Shown piece by piece: positions 39,304 to 53,419 of a DNA stretch of 64,000 nucleotides (positions are counted from its first letter, which is position 1; the number at the start of each line of letters is the position of its first letter). The notes beneath the pieces are model-generated. The model was not told where the DNA came from. It ran no database searches and worked only from the letters and a program-made list of their open reading frames with translations. This DNA is from Octopus sinensis (lineage: Eukaryota), in assembly GCF_006345805.1 (NCBI RefSeq), contig NC_043006.1:64542001-64606000 (forward strand), in the 5' to 3' direction. A program made the position numbers and the translations under genes.

Positions 39304-42300
39304 CGCACACACACACAAAGGTGTCAAAGAGAAAATACAAAACAAAATAGAAAACAAATCAGCTGGGTTTCCTCACTACACACGTGGGTGTGTGTGTGTT
39401 GTTTTTCTCAAACTTACACTATGGTAACCTCTGTTTACGTACCATTCTTAATGTATGTGTGCGTGTTATGTTGAGTATCGATTCCACAAAAAAAAACAGT
39501 ACAACTCTTTAATGTACCTCTTGGCAAACGGAGTATTTTTACTATCACGCACACGGGCAACTTAACATCCTCCTTTCCTTACACCGACAGGGCTGCCATA
39601 TAAGAAGGATTCTTCAGCTGGGCGGGAACGCATGTGGTGTAGTGTTATCATATCAATCGGTTTGCAGAGCTACTAACCAACACCAAATCCAGCACCAACA
39701 AATGACCTTAATGGAGATATTTATATAAGCATTTCATTCACAGACGAGCAGTTTGCAACGTGGAATCGAAACCGAATCACAATCGTCAACAATAGTAGTA
39801 ATATATCAATAGTAACAGCAGTACTATCAACAACAGCAGCAGTAGTAGTAGTTGTGGTGGTGGTGGTCTATTAGGAAAGGAGTAGTAATAGTAGTAGAAA
39901 TACGGTATTGGTGGTAGTAGTAGCAAAAATTTTACTAAGTAGTGGTTAGTGGTAATAGCTTAAACGTAGTAGTAGTAGTAGTAGTAATAGCAGCAGCAGT
40001 AGTAGTAGTCGCAGCAGCAACAACAAACAAAATACAAGAGAACAATGCTCCACCCACCCAGCGACCAGACAGACAGTCATGCAAGCAGAGACTTGTGATT
40101 GACGGAGGAGGAGGGCGAGAAAGAGTAATAATACGAGGGAGCGGGGGACGCGGACGCGAACACACCCTCCCTTACTCGATCTATCTATGACCTTCCAAAA
40201 TACTATTTGATCCATCATGAAGGATCATCTCAAATGGGATTAGAGCCGGATTTATTTCATCACGCGCACACAGATATATGTATGTATATATATACACACA
40301 CACACACAAGCATATATACGTTTATAGAAATGTACATAGCACACGTATATACACACATACTGTACGTTGTACACTGATTTTCACGACACATAATAAACAC
40401 CTTGAAATAAAATTAAAAAAACATGCACTGATACGCGTATATATTTACTATTTATCTATTACACATTTCTATTTAAACATGTATATATATATATATAAAC
40501 AGACATGCAGCCATATAAAGAACTCGATACACACACACACATATTTACATAGAGATACAGACAGAAACATTTCTATAAATACAGAATACATATATATATA
40601 AATAAGCACCCATACAACAGACTGATGTTACATACAAAGAGAAAGAGATTTACATTAAGCACACAAACACACGTACGCATATATATATACACTCGTTACA
40701 TAATACACATATACATATTTCCAGGATCAAGTGAAAACCTCTTCGTGGGGCAAAAATTCCTGTGGGTCAAAAACTCCCTTGAGATAATTAAAAACCCTGA
40801 ACCCTTCCAATGAAACTACAAAGGATAACAAATCTTTTTTTTTTTTCTTCGGCACACCACTTTCTCATGTTTTCTCGTTTTGTTTTCAAAGTACTTTTCC
40901 ACGAAAATAAAAAGTAAAAATGTATAATTCGAAAAGGGAGACATTTGTACAATTATCTCTTTCACTTTCTATAATTATACAAAAATTTAATCATACTTTT
41001 ACCTTTTCTATGCTTTTTTATTTTTGAAACATTTATTACGTATTTGTGATATTTATTTAATCGTGAAATTTTTCTACTTTACATTTAAGCGTGTGGTTTT
41101 GTTTGCAGGGCTTTTTCCTGGTTTTCGTGAGGGAACAATACCAGTTTACACCATACACCACACAAAACGTGTGTAAACATACCCGCATGTTTGGTGTATG
41201 TAAACCTGACTATTACTATGTAATACGCATTTCTGTGATTGTGTATAGGCATGGCCACAGGTAATACACATGCATGTGATTATGTGTTTTGTAAACATGC
41301 TTACATGTGTTTAACACACGTGTGTGTAAACACAAAATATATCTAAGTCTATACACGTGTGTAATTATGTGTCTATAAATATATGTATACGTAACGTATG
41401 TATGCATACATTGACTGCATCCAAGTCTTGTCATATATAGCTGTATGAATACGCATCCGTGTGTGTGTGAGTGCGCCAACTTCATAAAGTACTACACGTG
41501 TGTGATTATACACGTGTAAACATATTTTACGTGTGTGCAATACGAGTAAACATATATGTGTACCTGTGTACACTCACATATGTAATCATGTGCGATTGTG
41601 TACGTGAGCATATACATGTAACATACATTTGTGTACGAGTGTTTACAATAACATTCTGATAAAGTGTTAACTATCAAAGGTTTTAATGCAGCAACAAAAA
41701 AAAGATCAGTACAGACTATTTCCACACACACACACACATACATATGAGTCGGTGTGTCAGTGCGAGCGCGCAAAACAACCTCACACAAATACGGGTCCTC
41801 ATTTGATCGATCGGGTGAAAATGGGTGGGGTATTTCTTACCCTAGTAACGCAAGATTGCGGGTAGAGATGTTATGAATAGCCCAACCCAACTGCAACAAC
41901 CCTACCATCCTACAATTAGCATAACAGGTATTGTTAGATATAAGGTATTAATTACAGGTAATATCATCACCAACTGTTGGATTTATAACTAGGGGGGTCT
42001 GTTTTGGCGAGATACGACTTGCCAACTATCCTTACGTAAGTCTAAACTATTTTACTGGTTGGAGTGTAACAGCCAAAAGGGTAGCACTACGGAAGGGTAC
42101 AATCGACTATATCCACTCTTGTATTAAAGTATTGGTACTTTCAGAAAAACAAAATCTAGCTCCGCCGCTAATTGCTTAAGCCAACGAGGGAGCCTTACAG
42201 GTTGGTGGTAAATTTCCTTTGCAAAACAAAACATGAATAGTGATTAAACCACCCTCATATCACACCAAATTATTTATTTACTCAATCTCCAAAAAAAAAA

Positions 42301-42623
42301 AAGGGACGAAATCTGGAAAACAAAATGATAAAATGATCGTGGCTAGAATACTTTTGGGCCATTGCTGGGTCATCTTTTAACTTTTCGCTGGGCTGGGAGT
42401 AAAAAAAACCTCACAACTAGCAATGGTTTGTTGTATTTATGTCCTTTTGCTGACAATTGTCATTGAAGGTTCAGTGTGTTTAATGTTTATATTTTGGTGG
42501 TGTGGTTATGTGTACTGTTCTGGTATCAAACTCAGCAGAAAGAGAACAAATAATAAAAGCGAAAGCAGCAAAAAAAAATCAACAAAACAGAACAACAAAA
42601 TAAACAATCTATTTTTATCTTAC

Positions 42624-42715
42624 CTGTTTATTGCTACGGATGTCATCTCTTCGTGTCGCATCCGGTATTCCTGCATAATTCGTTTCTTTTCAGCTGTCCG
42701 AGGGTAAACAGACAT
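42624..42715 (-). CDS. candidate coding exon MSVYPRTAEKKRIMQEYRMRHEEMTSVAIN(R/S), unidentified
   Basis: Donor CAG|GTAAGA (42623-42618) and an open frame with protein-like composition. It is either an ATG-containing exon (ATG 42715-42713) or a 70-nt internal exon from acceptor ggacag| (42693) after an AG-free pyrimidine zone of about 90 nt containing ctaac. Confidence 0.45.
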
Positions 42716-42937
42716 AGTAGTAGTTGAACAAGAGTTAGAAATAGAGGTTACACACGGACAGAGGGAGAAAAAGGGATGTTAAGAAGCTATAACGAACCCT
42801 GAAAGGTTCAAGGGTATTAAAAAGAAACCCCAAAACAAACACCCCCCGGGGAGATAAAATATCCACAGTGCCTATCTGTTGTTGGCGGTTATGTCTGTAG
42901 TCTGAGTGTATGAATGATTTCTGTGAATGTATGTATG

Positions 42938-42969
<32 letters not shown>

Positions 42970-43965
42970 AAAACACAAAAATATTTGATGATATATGATC
43001 GTTGTCGGAGAATAAGGAACAGATGAGTGAGAAAGAGAGATACTATAGACAGAAAGAGGAAAGAGAGAGATAAAAAGAAGGTAAGATATTGAGAGGGGGA
43101 GGATGAAAGAGAAAGGAAGAGACTGAGAAAGAGAGGAGGGTAGGAGAGAGAAAAAAAACGCACGTTCACTTTACAAGACGGAGCGGAGCCGATGTAACAA
43201 ATGTTATGAATAAAATGGTTCTATCCAAAAGTGGATGGCCTCTGTAAATAGTATATTGACCCACAAGATGAAGGAAAATCCAAGAGATTCCAGTGTACAA
43301 GGGGAAAATGGTTGTTGGTGGTTATAAAGATGTCTTTACCAAAAAAATATAAACATTGAAAGATTATTTTAGTTGGTATTTAAACCGAATGTCTCTCTAC
43401 TCGCTGCTGGTTGTAGGCACGCCATTATACCACGCCACTATGTACGTTTGTTTCCCCCTTTCACTATTGCTCTTACTCCCCTTCACTCTGTCTTCTCCTT
43501 CCACGACATCGCGGTCTTCTTGGCGGTGATAGTGTTGATAATGGAGTGACGGTGTGAGGGAGAGCGGCGACAGTGGTGGTGCGACTTAAGAGATGGTAAG
43601 AGAAAAGAGGGAGTGAAAAACGAGTGAGTAGGAGTGTGAGAAACAACGTGAGAATGTGTGTATGTATGTAGACAGTGTGAAAGAAATAAAGTAAGAATAC
43701 AGAGAAACATAAAAGAGAAAGAGTGAAACATATACAGACTTTTGATAGGCAGAAAAATTAAAAGAAAGGGAAAGAGAATGTATGTGAGTAAAGAAAAAGG
43801 GGAGAGAGAGTGACCGGGGAAGGAGAGGCAATGTGCCTCCTACCATCATACAGCGTTTCTTTGTACATACTCATATACGTGTGTGTATGCGTCAATGCAT
43901 GTGTGTGTTTATGTTTGTTCCAGTAATAGTTGACGTGTTGTTGTGTGCGTCTAGAATGAGTAGGA

Positions 43966-44650
43966 ATTGGCGGGAAACATACGTGCACCTATTCACATTT
44001 AGAAAGTAGTCCCTTCACCTCGTCCTTCTCTGTGTCAGATGGCTTCTTACTTCTCCTCCTTCTCCACCTCCTTTTATTTGACTTACGCCTTTCCTTAAAA
44101 CTCTCCTTTCTTTTCTTCCCTACATATTTAACCCTTTTTTTTTTTTTTAAACAGTTCTATTACTCCTTCTTTCTCACTCTTTCTCTCTCTCTTTTTACCT
44201 TATATCGCACTCTGATATTCTCTTCATTTCTATTTCTCTATCTCTTTCACTCTTTCACTCTTTCATTTATTCATTACCATTCCCTCCTTCCTCTACCCCT
44301 ACAGCAGTACACATCACTCTGTCTCTTTAACTCTCTTCCGTTCAATTTCTCAATATCACCTTCTATCTTTCTTCGCTTCTCCATTCCATCCTACCCTGTT
44401 ATTTGTTTCATTTCACATACTCCATGAGAAACAAAAGGAAATTCAAAATAAAATATACGCTCAGGAAGCTTTACCGTGCACACACATAAAACATACATAC
44501 ACATATATGTATCGAATATTCTCACCCAACATTCCTATCACGCTCGTCTAATTTCATTTATTTTACGCTATTCCCCCGTTTATACATCCACACTTATACG
44601 TCCATGTGTGTGCATGCACGCACACATACATACGTGTGTGTGTGTGTATG

Positions 44651-44692
<42 letters not shown>

Positions 44693-44740
44693 GAACGATC
44701 CCACGTGGCGGGAAACTCCGAGTAGTAAGAGTAAACCAAT
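43966..44740. promoter_or_regulatory. E2F/NF-Y/E-box motif sites
   Basis: ATTGGCGGGAAA 43966-43977; CACGTG 44702-44707 overlapping TGGCGGGAAA 44706-44715; AACCAATCA around 44736. Confidence 0.25.
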
Positions 44741-45324
44741 CACCAGCTGCCGCCTAATACGTATAAACTCTACACTTGTATATATGTATGTGTGTGTAAT
44801 TATATATATTTATATATATATATATATATATACTTATAGGAACAGATAGATAGATAGATAGATAGATAGATATGACTCTCCACTTCACACTGTTTAAACC
44901 CCTTCATCATGACTCTTCCCTCTCTCATTCCCCAAACACTTAAAGTCTCTCAGCAAATCCTTGCCCGTATTCCTTTACATTGTCCAGACTTTCTTTTCAT
45001 ATCTGTTGCGTTTCGTCCCCCACCCCACCGCCCTCATTCTCTATTCCTTCTCTTATTTCCTTTCTTGTCTGGCTGTCATTTTTCTCCCCTTTATCGTTCT
45101 TGTTCCTCCTTTTTTTGTCTGTCATATCCTCCCCACCCGCAGTATTTGAATAGTGTTTGGTAGAAGAAAAATTAAAACATGTACATGGATGTTTCTATAT
45201 CTCCGATTCTCTCTTCATATCACATTGCTGGCTGGAAACTATGAACCAAGTTCGATCTACTACTTGTAGCTACTAATTTCACAAGATTTGCAGAAAACAA
45301 ACATTACCATCCCAACAAGATAGA

Positions 45325-45399
45325 ATTAATATATATATACATATATATAAATATATATGTATATATATATAAGTATATATTATATATGTATATATATAT

Positions 45400-45439
<40 letters not shown>

Positions 45440-45445
45440 TATATG

Positions 45446-45481
<36 letters not shown>

Positions 45482-45494
45482 CATTTATATATTA

Positions 45495-45525
<31 letters not shown>

Positions 45526-45590
45526 GATATATATATACATTTATATATTATATATGTATTATATATATATATAGTATATATATAAATATA

Positions 45591-45628
<38 letters not shown>

Positions 45629-45712
45629 TTATATATTATATATATATATATGAATATATATATATATAGATATATATATATATATATATCTATATATATA
45701 TATATATATTAT
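45325..45712. repeat. about 390-bp interrupted (TA)n tract with higher-order units
   Basis: Almost purely A/T; the unit atatatacatttatatattatat recurs three times (about 45475, 45533, 45620). Confidence 0.95.
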
Positions 45713-46277
45713 ATGTGTGTGTGTGCTTTGCAGACAGAGAAGTTGCGCATGAAATGAATGTTTTATTGAGCTGTCTTCACAAGAAAGATAAGAGAAGAAA
45801 CGAAAAGAGAGGAAAAGATTTCGGGGAGCAAAAAGCCGGAAACACTATCAAGCACATCGTTTGTAACGTAACAGTTAGCAACGCGAGCGCGAAACATGAG
45901 GGAATCATTTTTGTCGGCGCATGAACACAATTTTTCCCAGGGATGAAGTGTGTAAATGGTGGCGAGAGAGAGGGGGAGGTAGAGAGTGAAAAAAAGAGAC
46001 GCGGGAAACTAAAAATAAACAAATCAACAGCTGTTGACGAAGCTTCTAGCAGGGAGAAGCGTGCAGTAGAGTAACAGCAGTAGCCGTAGCAGCAGCAGTA
46101 GTATTAGTATTGATGGTGGTAGCGGTGGTAGCTGTAGTTTTGTTGTTGATGGTGGTAGTAGTAGTAGTATTTGTAGTAGACGACTCGACTGGGTATTTTG
46201 TATGTTTCGTGCGTATGTGTGTAGTACGTGTTGTATTATGCTGTGCTTTCATCGTATTCGCGCACACTATAAAAAAG

Positions 46278-46326
<49 letters not shown>

Positions 46327-47440
46327 GTATGTATCTGTGCATCAGCTTGTCATGTAGTAACAATTTTCTCGCTTTATTTATCTTTTTTATGTTTTGTACA
46401 CAACAAACCCGTCGTGTTGTGCCGAACCTTCAACATGGTCACTCGTTCGGCTAGAAATTACAGCCACAACCAAGTCTCCTTTAAATCACATCTGTAACTA
46501 TTCCGCTAATCCACCGCTCTTGAATAACAATAAGACTCAGGGCCAACTTGACTTAGACACGGGGCTAACAAATTTCGTGGGAGGGGTTAATCGATTAAGC
46601 GAGCCCTGTACGTGATCTTATCGACCGCAGAGGAATGAAAGGCAAAGATGAGATTGGTCGAAGGAACGCGGTTCGGCTAAACCACGCTTGAATAATAATA
46701 ATAATTATTATTATTATTATCCTTTCTACTGAAGGCACAAGGGCTTGAAATTTTGGGTGAGGGGACTAATCGATTATATCGACCCCAGTGTTTCACTGGT
46801 ACTTAATCTATGGATCCCGAAAGGGTGAAAGGCAAAGTTGACTCTAGCAGGATGTAAGCTCAGAATGTAGCGGGCTGTAAATGAAAATACCGCATGGCAT
46901 TTAGTTCGTCACAAGGACAAACATTACGTCTGAGGCAACAGCTGATTATATCGACCCCAAGTTGTTGACTGGTTGCATATTTTATCGACTCTGTCGTTCC
47001 CACGAAAATGAAAAACAAAGTGTTAGTTTTCTCCAATAATTTTATTCGCATCGTAGATGCTTATAACATCATTAAATCAACTTTTATTCTTTCACTGTAA
47101 TTTTTACATTTTTATACCTGTAGAAGGATAACTACTAGCAAAACACACCTCGGGATACTTTCGTACGAGGATCGAAAAGGGTTTAAATGCACCCAAGTAC
47201 ATAACTGGTACTTTTCGTCTTAGGGAACTGCAATTTTGAAAGTCAAATGGTAATAACAATTCGATGCTAATAACGAAAATTTGTAGACTATTAGTAAGAA
47301 TGTCAATGTAATATCTTTATATCTAGTCTCTACACTATACCCTACACACATCATCATATATACATATATCATCAAATATATATACATACATATATATATA
47401 TACACACACACATAGATACACATACATATATACACATATT

Positions 47441-47500
<60 letters not shown>

Positions 47501-47740
47501 TATTATATATATTATATATATATATATATATATTCACACACCTATATGTTAACATGTATATATGTAAATACACACATACACAGAAGGATCGGCTTCTTCG
47601 AAAAACTCATTTTCGTTGTCTGCTACACGCATGTGTATTTTCATCCTGTGCCTTTCCTACTCCTCCCTCCACTACTGTTACTACTATAACTACCACTACC
47701 CGATATGCTTGCTACTATGTCTGGAATGTAGAACGTTGGT

Positions 47741-47800
47741 GGGATTTTCCTTATAAGGGCAAGTTATCAATCAGCTGATTAGATTGCCCATTTTGATTGG
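47741..47800. promoter_or_regulatory. kappaB-like site overlapping a CArG box, plus E-box and reverse CCAAT
   Basis: GGGATTTTCC 47741-47750, CCTTATAAGG 47749-47758, CAGCTG 47772-47777, ATTGG 47796-47800. Confidence 0.35.
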
Positions 47801-48004
47801 TCCTCTGTTTTCTTGTCTACGTTAACGTAGGACTAGCGAAAGCACATTTTCAAAAATAAGCCCTTCTCTCTTTTTCTTTCCCTTTATTGTTCATTTTCTT
47901 TCGTTTCTCTCTCTCTTTCACTCTCTTTCTCTTTCTATTTTAATTGTCTCCCCCGTTCTTTCATACTTTCTCTCTGTTTTCTCTCTCTCCTTTTCTCCTC
48001 TCAG

Positions 48005-48103
48005 CAGACGCGTTTGATATGGTAGCCATGGACACCTAAAGGGAAGTAATGGCTGCCGTTTCCGTACGATCGAAAACGCGCCAGGGCGTTCGGGGAGGAT
48101 GTG
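48005..48103 (+). other. candidate 5' exon with short start ORF MAAVSVRSKTRQGVRGGC
   Basis: Long pyrimidine tract with CAGCAG acceptor and GTG|GTAAGA donor. All frames are closed upstream of the ATG at 48049. Confidence 0.3.
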
Positions 48104-49819
48104 GTAAGATATGCGTAGAGGCCAAAAATAGAATAAATATATGAAAGGAAAAACATAGCATATATACACACAGAGAAATATAAGTATAAATACATATATA
48201 CACACATATGTTGTATAAGATACTATATAATAGGTGGAAGGAGGAAGCCAAGATGGTGGGTTTAGAGAGAGAGATTGTTTGTGTGAGGACTCCTTATAAG
48301 CAGTATGAACAGATCAGTTAATAGTATCGGTGGTGATTCGTCGTTGAGTGGAAAGGACGTACGAAGTCCTTGATCGTAGTTTCAACACTTGGTTGACTAC
48401 AACAACACAAAATTCACTTCAGTTGTGCTACTAATACTTTGACGAAAACATGAATATTTCAACATACTATGGCTTCTCTGGGAATAAAAAAAAAGAGGCG
48501 GGAGGCCTTGTGCCTAGTCAATGGATGTCAGTAGTTAGACTGAAGAGGAAGTAGTAGATACAACACGAGGGTTATTTAAAAGACACTTCTTTTAGCTTAA
48601 CACATACATAAATAGAGAGGGAGAGGTTGAGATAGAGATAGAAATAAATAGTTCACACACGAGGATACAGATATACACATAGAAAATGAGAGAGAGGGGG
48701 GTGATACTAAATACGCCAGCAGACAAGGTGTCTAACAGTTTTTGCCTAACACACTAACCCATACATGTACACACGAACACACATACGTTTATATATATAT
48801 AGTGACACAAATATGTAGACAGATTACACTGAAACACACATATACACATACAGTTGTAGAAACTAAGACACTAACATTTACACACACACACACATACACA
48901 CAGATACATAGCTAGAGAGAGGGGGTACAATTGTGTACGTGTGTATGCAGGTACATATACAAAGAAATATAGACGTGTAGACATAAATATTTGTGTGTGT
49001 GTATATATATATATCGTACTTTATATATATATATATAAATTTCGAGACGAGGATAGACAATCGTTTAGATATACTTACACACATACACACACACACACAC
49101 ACTACTTATTCGCATGAAATAAAGAGACGCACAAATACACACACATAGTCTTTACGTCACATACACACACAATTCCAGACACAATACAACCATCTCCTTC
49201 CTCTTCCCTTCCTCTCTCTCCCTCTCTCTCGTTTCTGCTTTCCTTCCCCACTTACTGACAGATTCACATACAAAGGCGCATATATGAACGCGCACGCACA
49301 CAAACTCATACATCCACATACACAATTGTACGTTATACCTACACAAGATCCAAAGCACTTCTTGCATACTCACATATATACACATGTATACGCACACACG
49401 CTGGTTTATATTTTTAATTCAGTATGCACACGCGAACATGCAAAGATAAACATGCACACATGCACACATTCGCACATACATCTGTCTACAAACACGCAAC
49501 TCATACACCTCCACGCTTATCACTCCCACCTTTTCTATCCAATACACACTATACATTAAATGCGTGAACACATATACGCACGCACTGAAAAATAAATAGT
49601 ATTTGATGTATATATATAATACATACCTACATACATACGCACACACACACACACACTTATATATATATATATATATATGCTTATATCTATGTGTGTAAAT
49701 ACAAGTGTATCTGTATAAAACTATATACATGCATATATATATATATTTATATGTGTATGTATATATGTATATATATATAAGCTTTCTCCGTTCTCTACAT
49801 ATTTGTGTGTGAACGTGTT

Positions 49820-49865
<46 letters not shown>

Positions 49866-50382
49866 GTATATACGATATACACACACACAGGCACATGTAT
49901 GTATTTCTCTATACACACAACGAACAGGTTGTAATGAACGTATATGTATATAAATATGCATATATATGTATACATACATACATACATACATGTGCACACC
50001 GCTGCTTCACCAAGAGAGGCAACATGTAAACACGCATACGCTATTATGATAGGCCCATCCAAAATCATACACACACGTAGATACGCAAAACGTGCATTTA
50101 TGTTTATGCGCACACAAGCATTCGGTGGCAATGATCATACAAAAAAAAAATACAAGAATAGATTAAAATGTATACATACGCATACACATACCTGCACAAT
50201 CATAAAACAAGTTATGTATTCACAATTATATTTATACTCAGCGTGAAGCAGGCGGAAATGCTTACACGCAAGTTGTACATATACAGACAAATAATTCATT
50301 CACACACACCCATATTCAGAATGTATACACATGGTTTACACTTATAAAAGCCGACATGATAACGAAACTAGCGCAAACACGC

Positions 50383-50419
<37 letters not shown>

Positions 50420-50680
50420 ATATTATATATATAATTTCAAACACAAACAATTTCAAACACACATACGAATATACGCACAGCACTTCAATGTCCGACATGA
50501 GGTTATGTATGTGTGTGTTTCGCGCGCGCGCGCGTATGTATATGTGTGTGTGGTGCATGTGTGTGTGTGTGTTTGTATGCATATGTATCTTTCTCTATAT
50601 ACACATATATATGTATACACACACACACATATATATATATATATACATACACAAATGCAAGCATGCACACACACACACAC

Positions 50681-50718
<38 letters not shown>

Positions 50719-51901
50719 CACGCTCACACAAACAGTAGATATTGTGCGCGCACATGCACACACACACACACACACATACTGAGCACGCACAGACGTTACG
50801 GGCGACCTCCGATAAAAACAGCGTGTTTCTCCATAGATGCAGTACCAAAAATCGCTTCCACTCCCCTCCTCGTTCCTTTTTCGGTTACCCTTCCTGCACA
50901 CACACGTGTGAGCACTACCCGTAATTTTATGGAAATTCAACAGCACTCGCCGCTTTTTCACATATACACACATTGTACGCGATAACGGCTTTGAACGTAG
51001 AAAATATACGTTACACATACTATTTGTACACAACATCCCACACACACATAGAGCTTTTTTTCACTTATTACATGCATACACGTATAGTAACGCATATATC
51101 TCGCTTTTACACTTACACGCTAGTACACATTTACCGCTTCCACTTGCCTGCGCAACTTAAAATAATAAACACTTACACACAGACATACATACATGCACAC
51201 ACAGACACACGTTGCATACATTACTCACAGTACATATGACTTTTATTATGACGTATTTACAGATGGCTTTTCGGTATATCATCTCATATACCGAACATAC
51301 GTACACATATTGCACAATCTGTATCTCACGCTTACATATACTAACTCACACAACATTTAAACCATGCGGTTTTTCCATCCGTCGTCGCACTACATAACAT
51401 TACATGTTACAATATACATAGTTTATCCACGCACACACACACACACATGCACACTGACTTGTCAGATGCGCTATGTAATACATACATACGCAGTCTCAAA
51501 CTGCATTACGTACAATGCGTTATATATTCTATATTACAGTTGGTTCGATATGTTTGGTGAGAGACTGATGTTTCACTTCGCCGCTATTTTGTGTTCCCCG
51601 CTTTTGAGCGTTAATTCTGGCGTACCACCATCTTTTACGTATCTTTTCTCACATTTTTTTGACATCCAAATATGCCAATGCACTATATATGCGTGTATGT
51701 GTGTGAGTAAAATATATAGTATATGATAGCATGCATATTTATAGTGGATGTTGGTTCGAGTACCACAGGTAGCTTTGGGGTTTTACTATTCAAAGGAATT
51801 TTTTTTAACCCGATAGTCATACGCTTGAGTAATCTGCTTCGAGATTCACCATTACCAAAAACAATTATTTCACCCCCACCCCAAAGAAGACGTCAGTAAC
51901 A

Positions 51902-51963
<62 letters not shown>

Positions 51964-52277
51964 ATACAATATATCTGTTGCTAACGTCATAAGAATATAA
52001 ATTTATATATATACTATACATATATCTGTTGCTGACGTCATAAGAATGTTACTTTTCTCGCTGTATTGCGTGTTTTTTTGCATCTGTGATTTTATTTTTG
52101 ATCCTCTTTGTAAATGAAGATATTTTCTTCGTTTTTTCTGTTTTTCTTTCTACGAAATGAGAAAATACATTACGAAGCTATTATTTTAATGAGTTGTGTC
52201 TATTTATCACCCGATAAGACACATCTACACTGCCGGACGCTCTTGAACCAGTTGTTGAGTGTCCCAGTGGTTAGGGT

Positions 52278-52810
52278 AGCACTTTGGGTAAGTGTCTTCT
52301 ACTATAGCCTCGGGCTAACCAAAGCCTTGTGAGTGGATTTGGTAGACGGAAACTGAAAGAAGCCCGTCGTATGTATATATATATATATAAATTAGAAAAA
52401 AGCACCTTTTATCAATTGAATAATGAAAAATTAAATTATAACATCTAGAAAATTATATATTATAGAAAGATTAAATATAAGATAAAACATATAACGATGA
52501 TTAAGTAATGTGCAAAATAATAAATAAAACGTATATATTTGGTAGAATAACGACACGTGTTATTATATATATTATATACATATATATGGGAGGGTACATG
52601 TTTGTGTGTCTGTGTTTGTCCCCCCAACATCGTTTGACAACCGATGCTGGCGTGTCTACGTCCCCGTAACTTAGAGGTTCAGCCTAAGAGACTGATAGAA
52701 TAAGTACTAGGCTTACAAATAATAAGTCCTGGGGTTGATGTGCTCGACTAAAGGCGATGCTCCAGCATGGCCTCAGTCAAATGACAGAAACAAGTAAAAG
52801 AGTAAAGAGT
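52278..52810 (+). mobile_element. CORE-like SINE, family A, with expanded AT-rich internal tract
   Basis: Near-consensus core and 3' half matching the 25358-25796 copy. Confidence 0.9.
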
Positions 52811-52894
52811 ATAAACAACCATTTGGACCAAGTTGCAGTCGAATTTGATGTCCTTCATCATTTACCACAAATCCTCACACATAGTGTAACCACT

Positions 52895-53150
52895 CCTGCT
52901 CCAGAGCGAAATCTACGACGATTTCATCTCAATCGAAGGAGAGGGGCTTTCTCCGTCCGAGTTGCGGATCCGTGGAATAAGCTGCCGGACGAGATAGTGA
53001 AGATGCATACGACCGCTCGGTTCAAAGTCTCTCTTGACCAGAAATGGCCTGAACTCTTTGTATGACCACCCTCCCTGCACATAACTCCCTGTCCCCCTAC
53101 ATGGCCTTGCTTTTACTTTTTGAGCCAATAAACATTAGATTAAATAAAAA
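52895..53150 (+). mobile_element. 5'-truncated CR1-clade LINE 3' end
   Basis: Uninterrupted RRFHLNRRRGAFSVRVADPWNKLPDEIVKMHTTARFKVSLDQKWPELFV* matches the CR1 ORF2 C-terminal motif FFSxRVVxxWNxLPxxVVxAxSxxxFKxxLD; short 3' UTR with aataaa. Confidence 0.8.
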
Positions 53151-53159
53151 AAATTTTAA

Positions 53160-53350
53160 ATAGTCAAAGACCTTTTTTTAATCAATAATTTTGTGATAGA
53201 AAACGCATTGGTGCTGTAGATGGTTTTCGATCAGCAACCCGATGTTAAATATCTGTTATTCTTTTGCATCTGAATCCTGCCTGTTTTCTGTGAGGATTTC
53301 GCAGCAGCATTTTACTGATCTGACTGACCAATTATGATGGTAAGCTTTCT
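53160..53350 (-). mobile_element. RTE-clade LINE reverse transcriptase remnant
   Basis: Frameshifted minus-strand motifs in order: SKMLL, KQAGFR, LIENHLQHQ, ID*KKVFD (compare RTE EQAGFR...LxEKxLQHQ...IDFKKAFD). Confidence 0.65.
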
Positions 53351-53419
53351 TAATAAGAAATATCTTATTTGTACTTACGATGGCATTCACCCGGTAGGCG
53401 GGGGTTATCCGGCTCCGAC

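Noticed and set aside
41150-41740. Cluster of CACGTG E-boxes in a purine-pyrimidine-alternating region
   Set aside because: CACGTG arises trivially where (CA)n meets (TG)n, and the region may also be low-quality sequence.
51546-51565. GATATGTTTG similar to the miR-190 5' end, and other partial miRNA-like matches
   Set aside because: The match covers only about 10 nt and there is no precursor hairpin.
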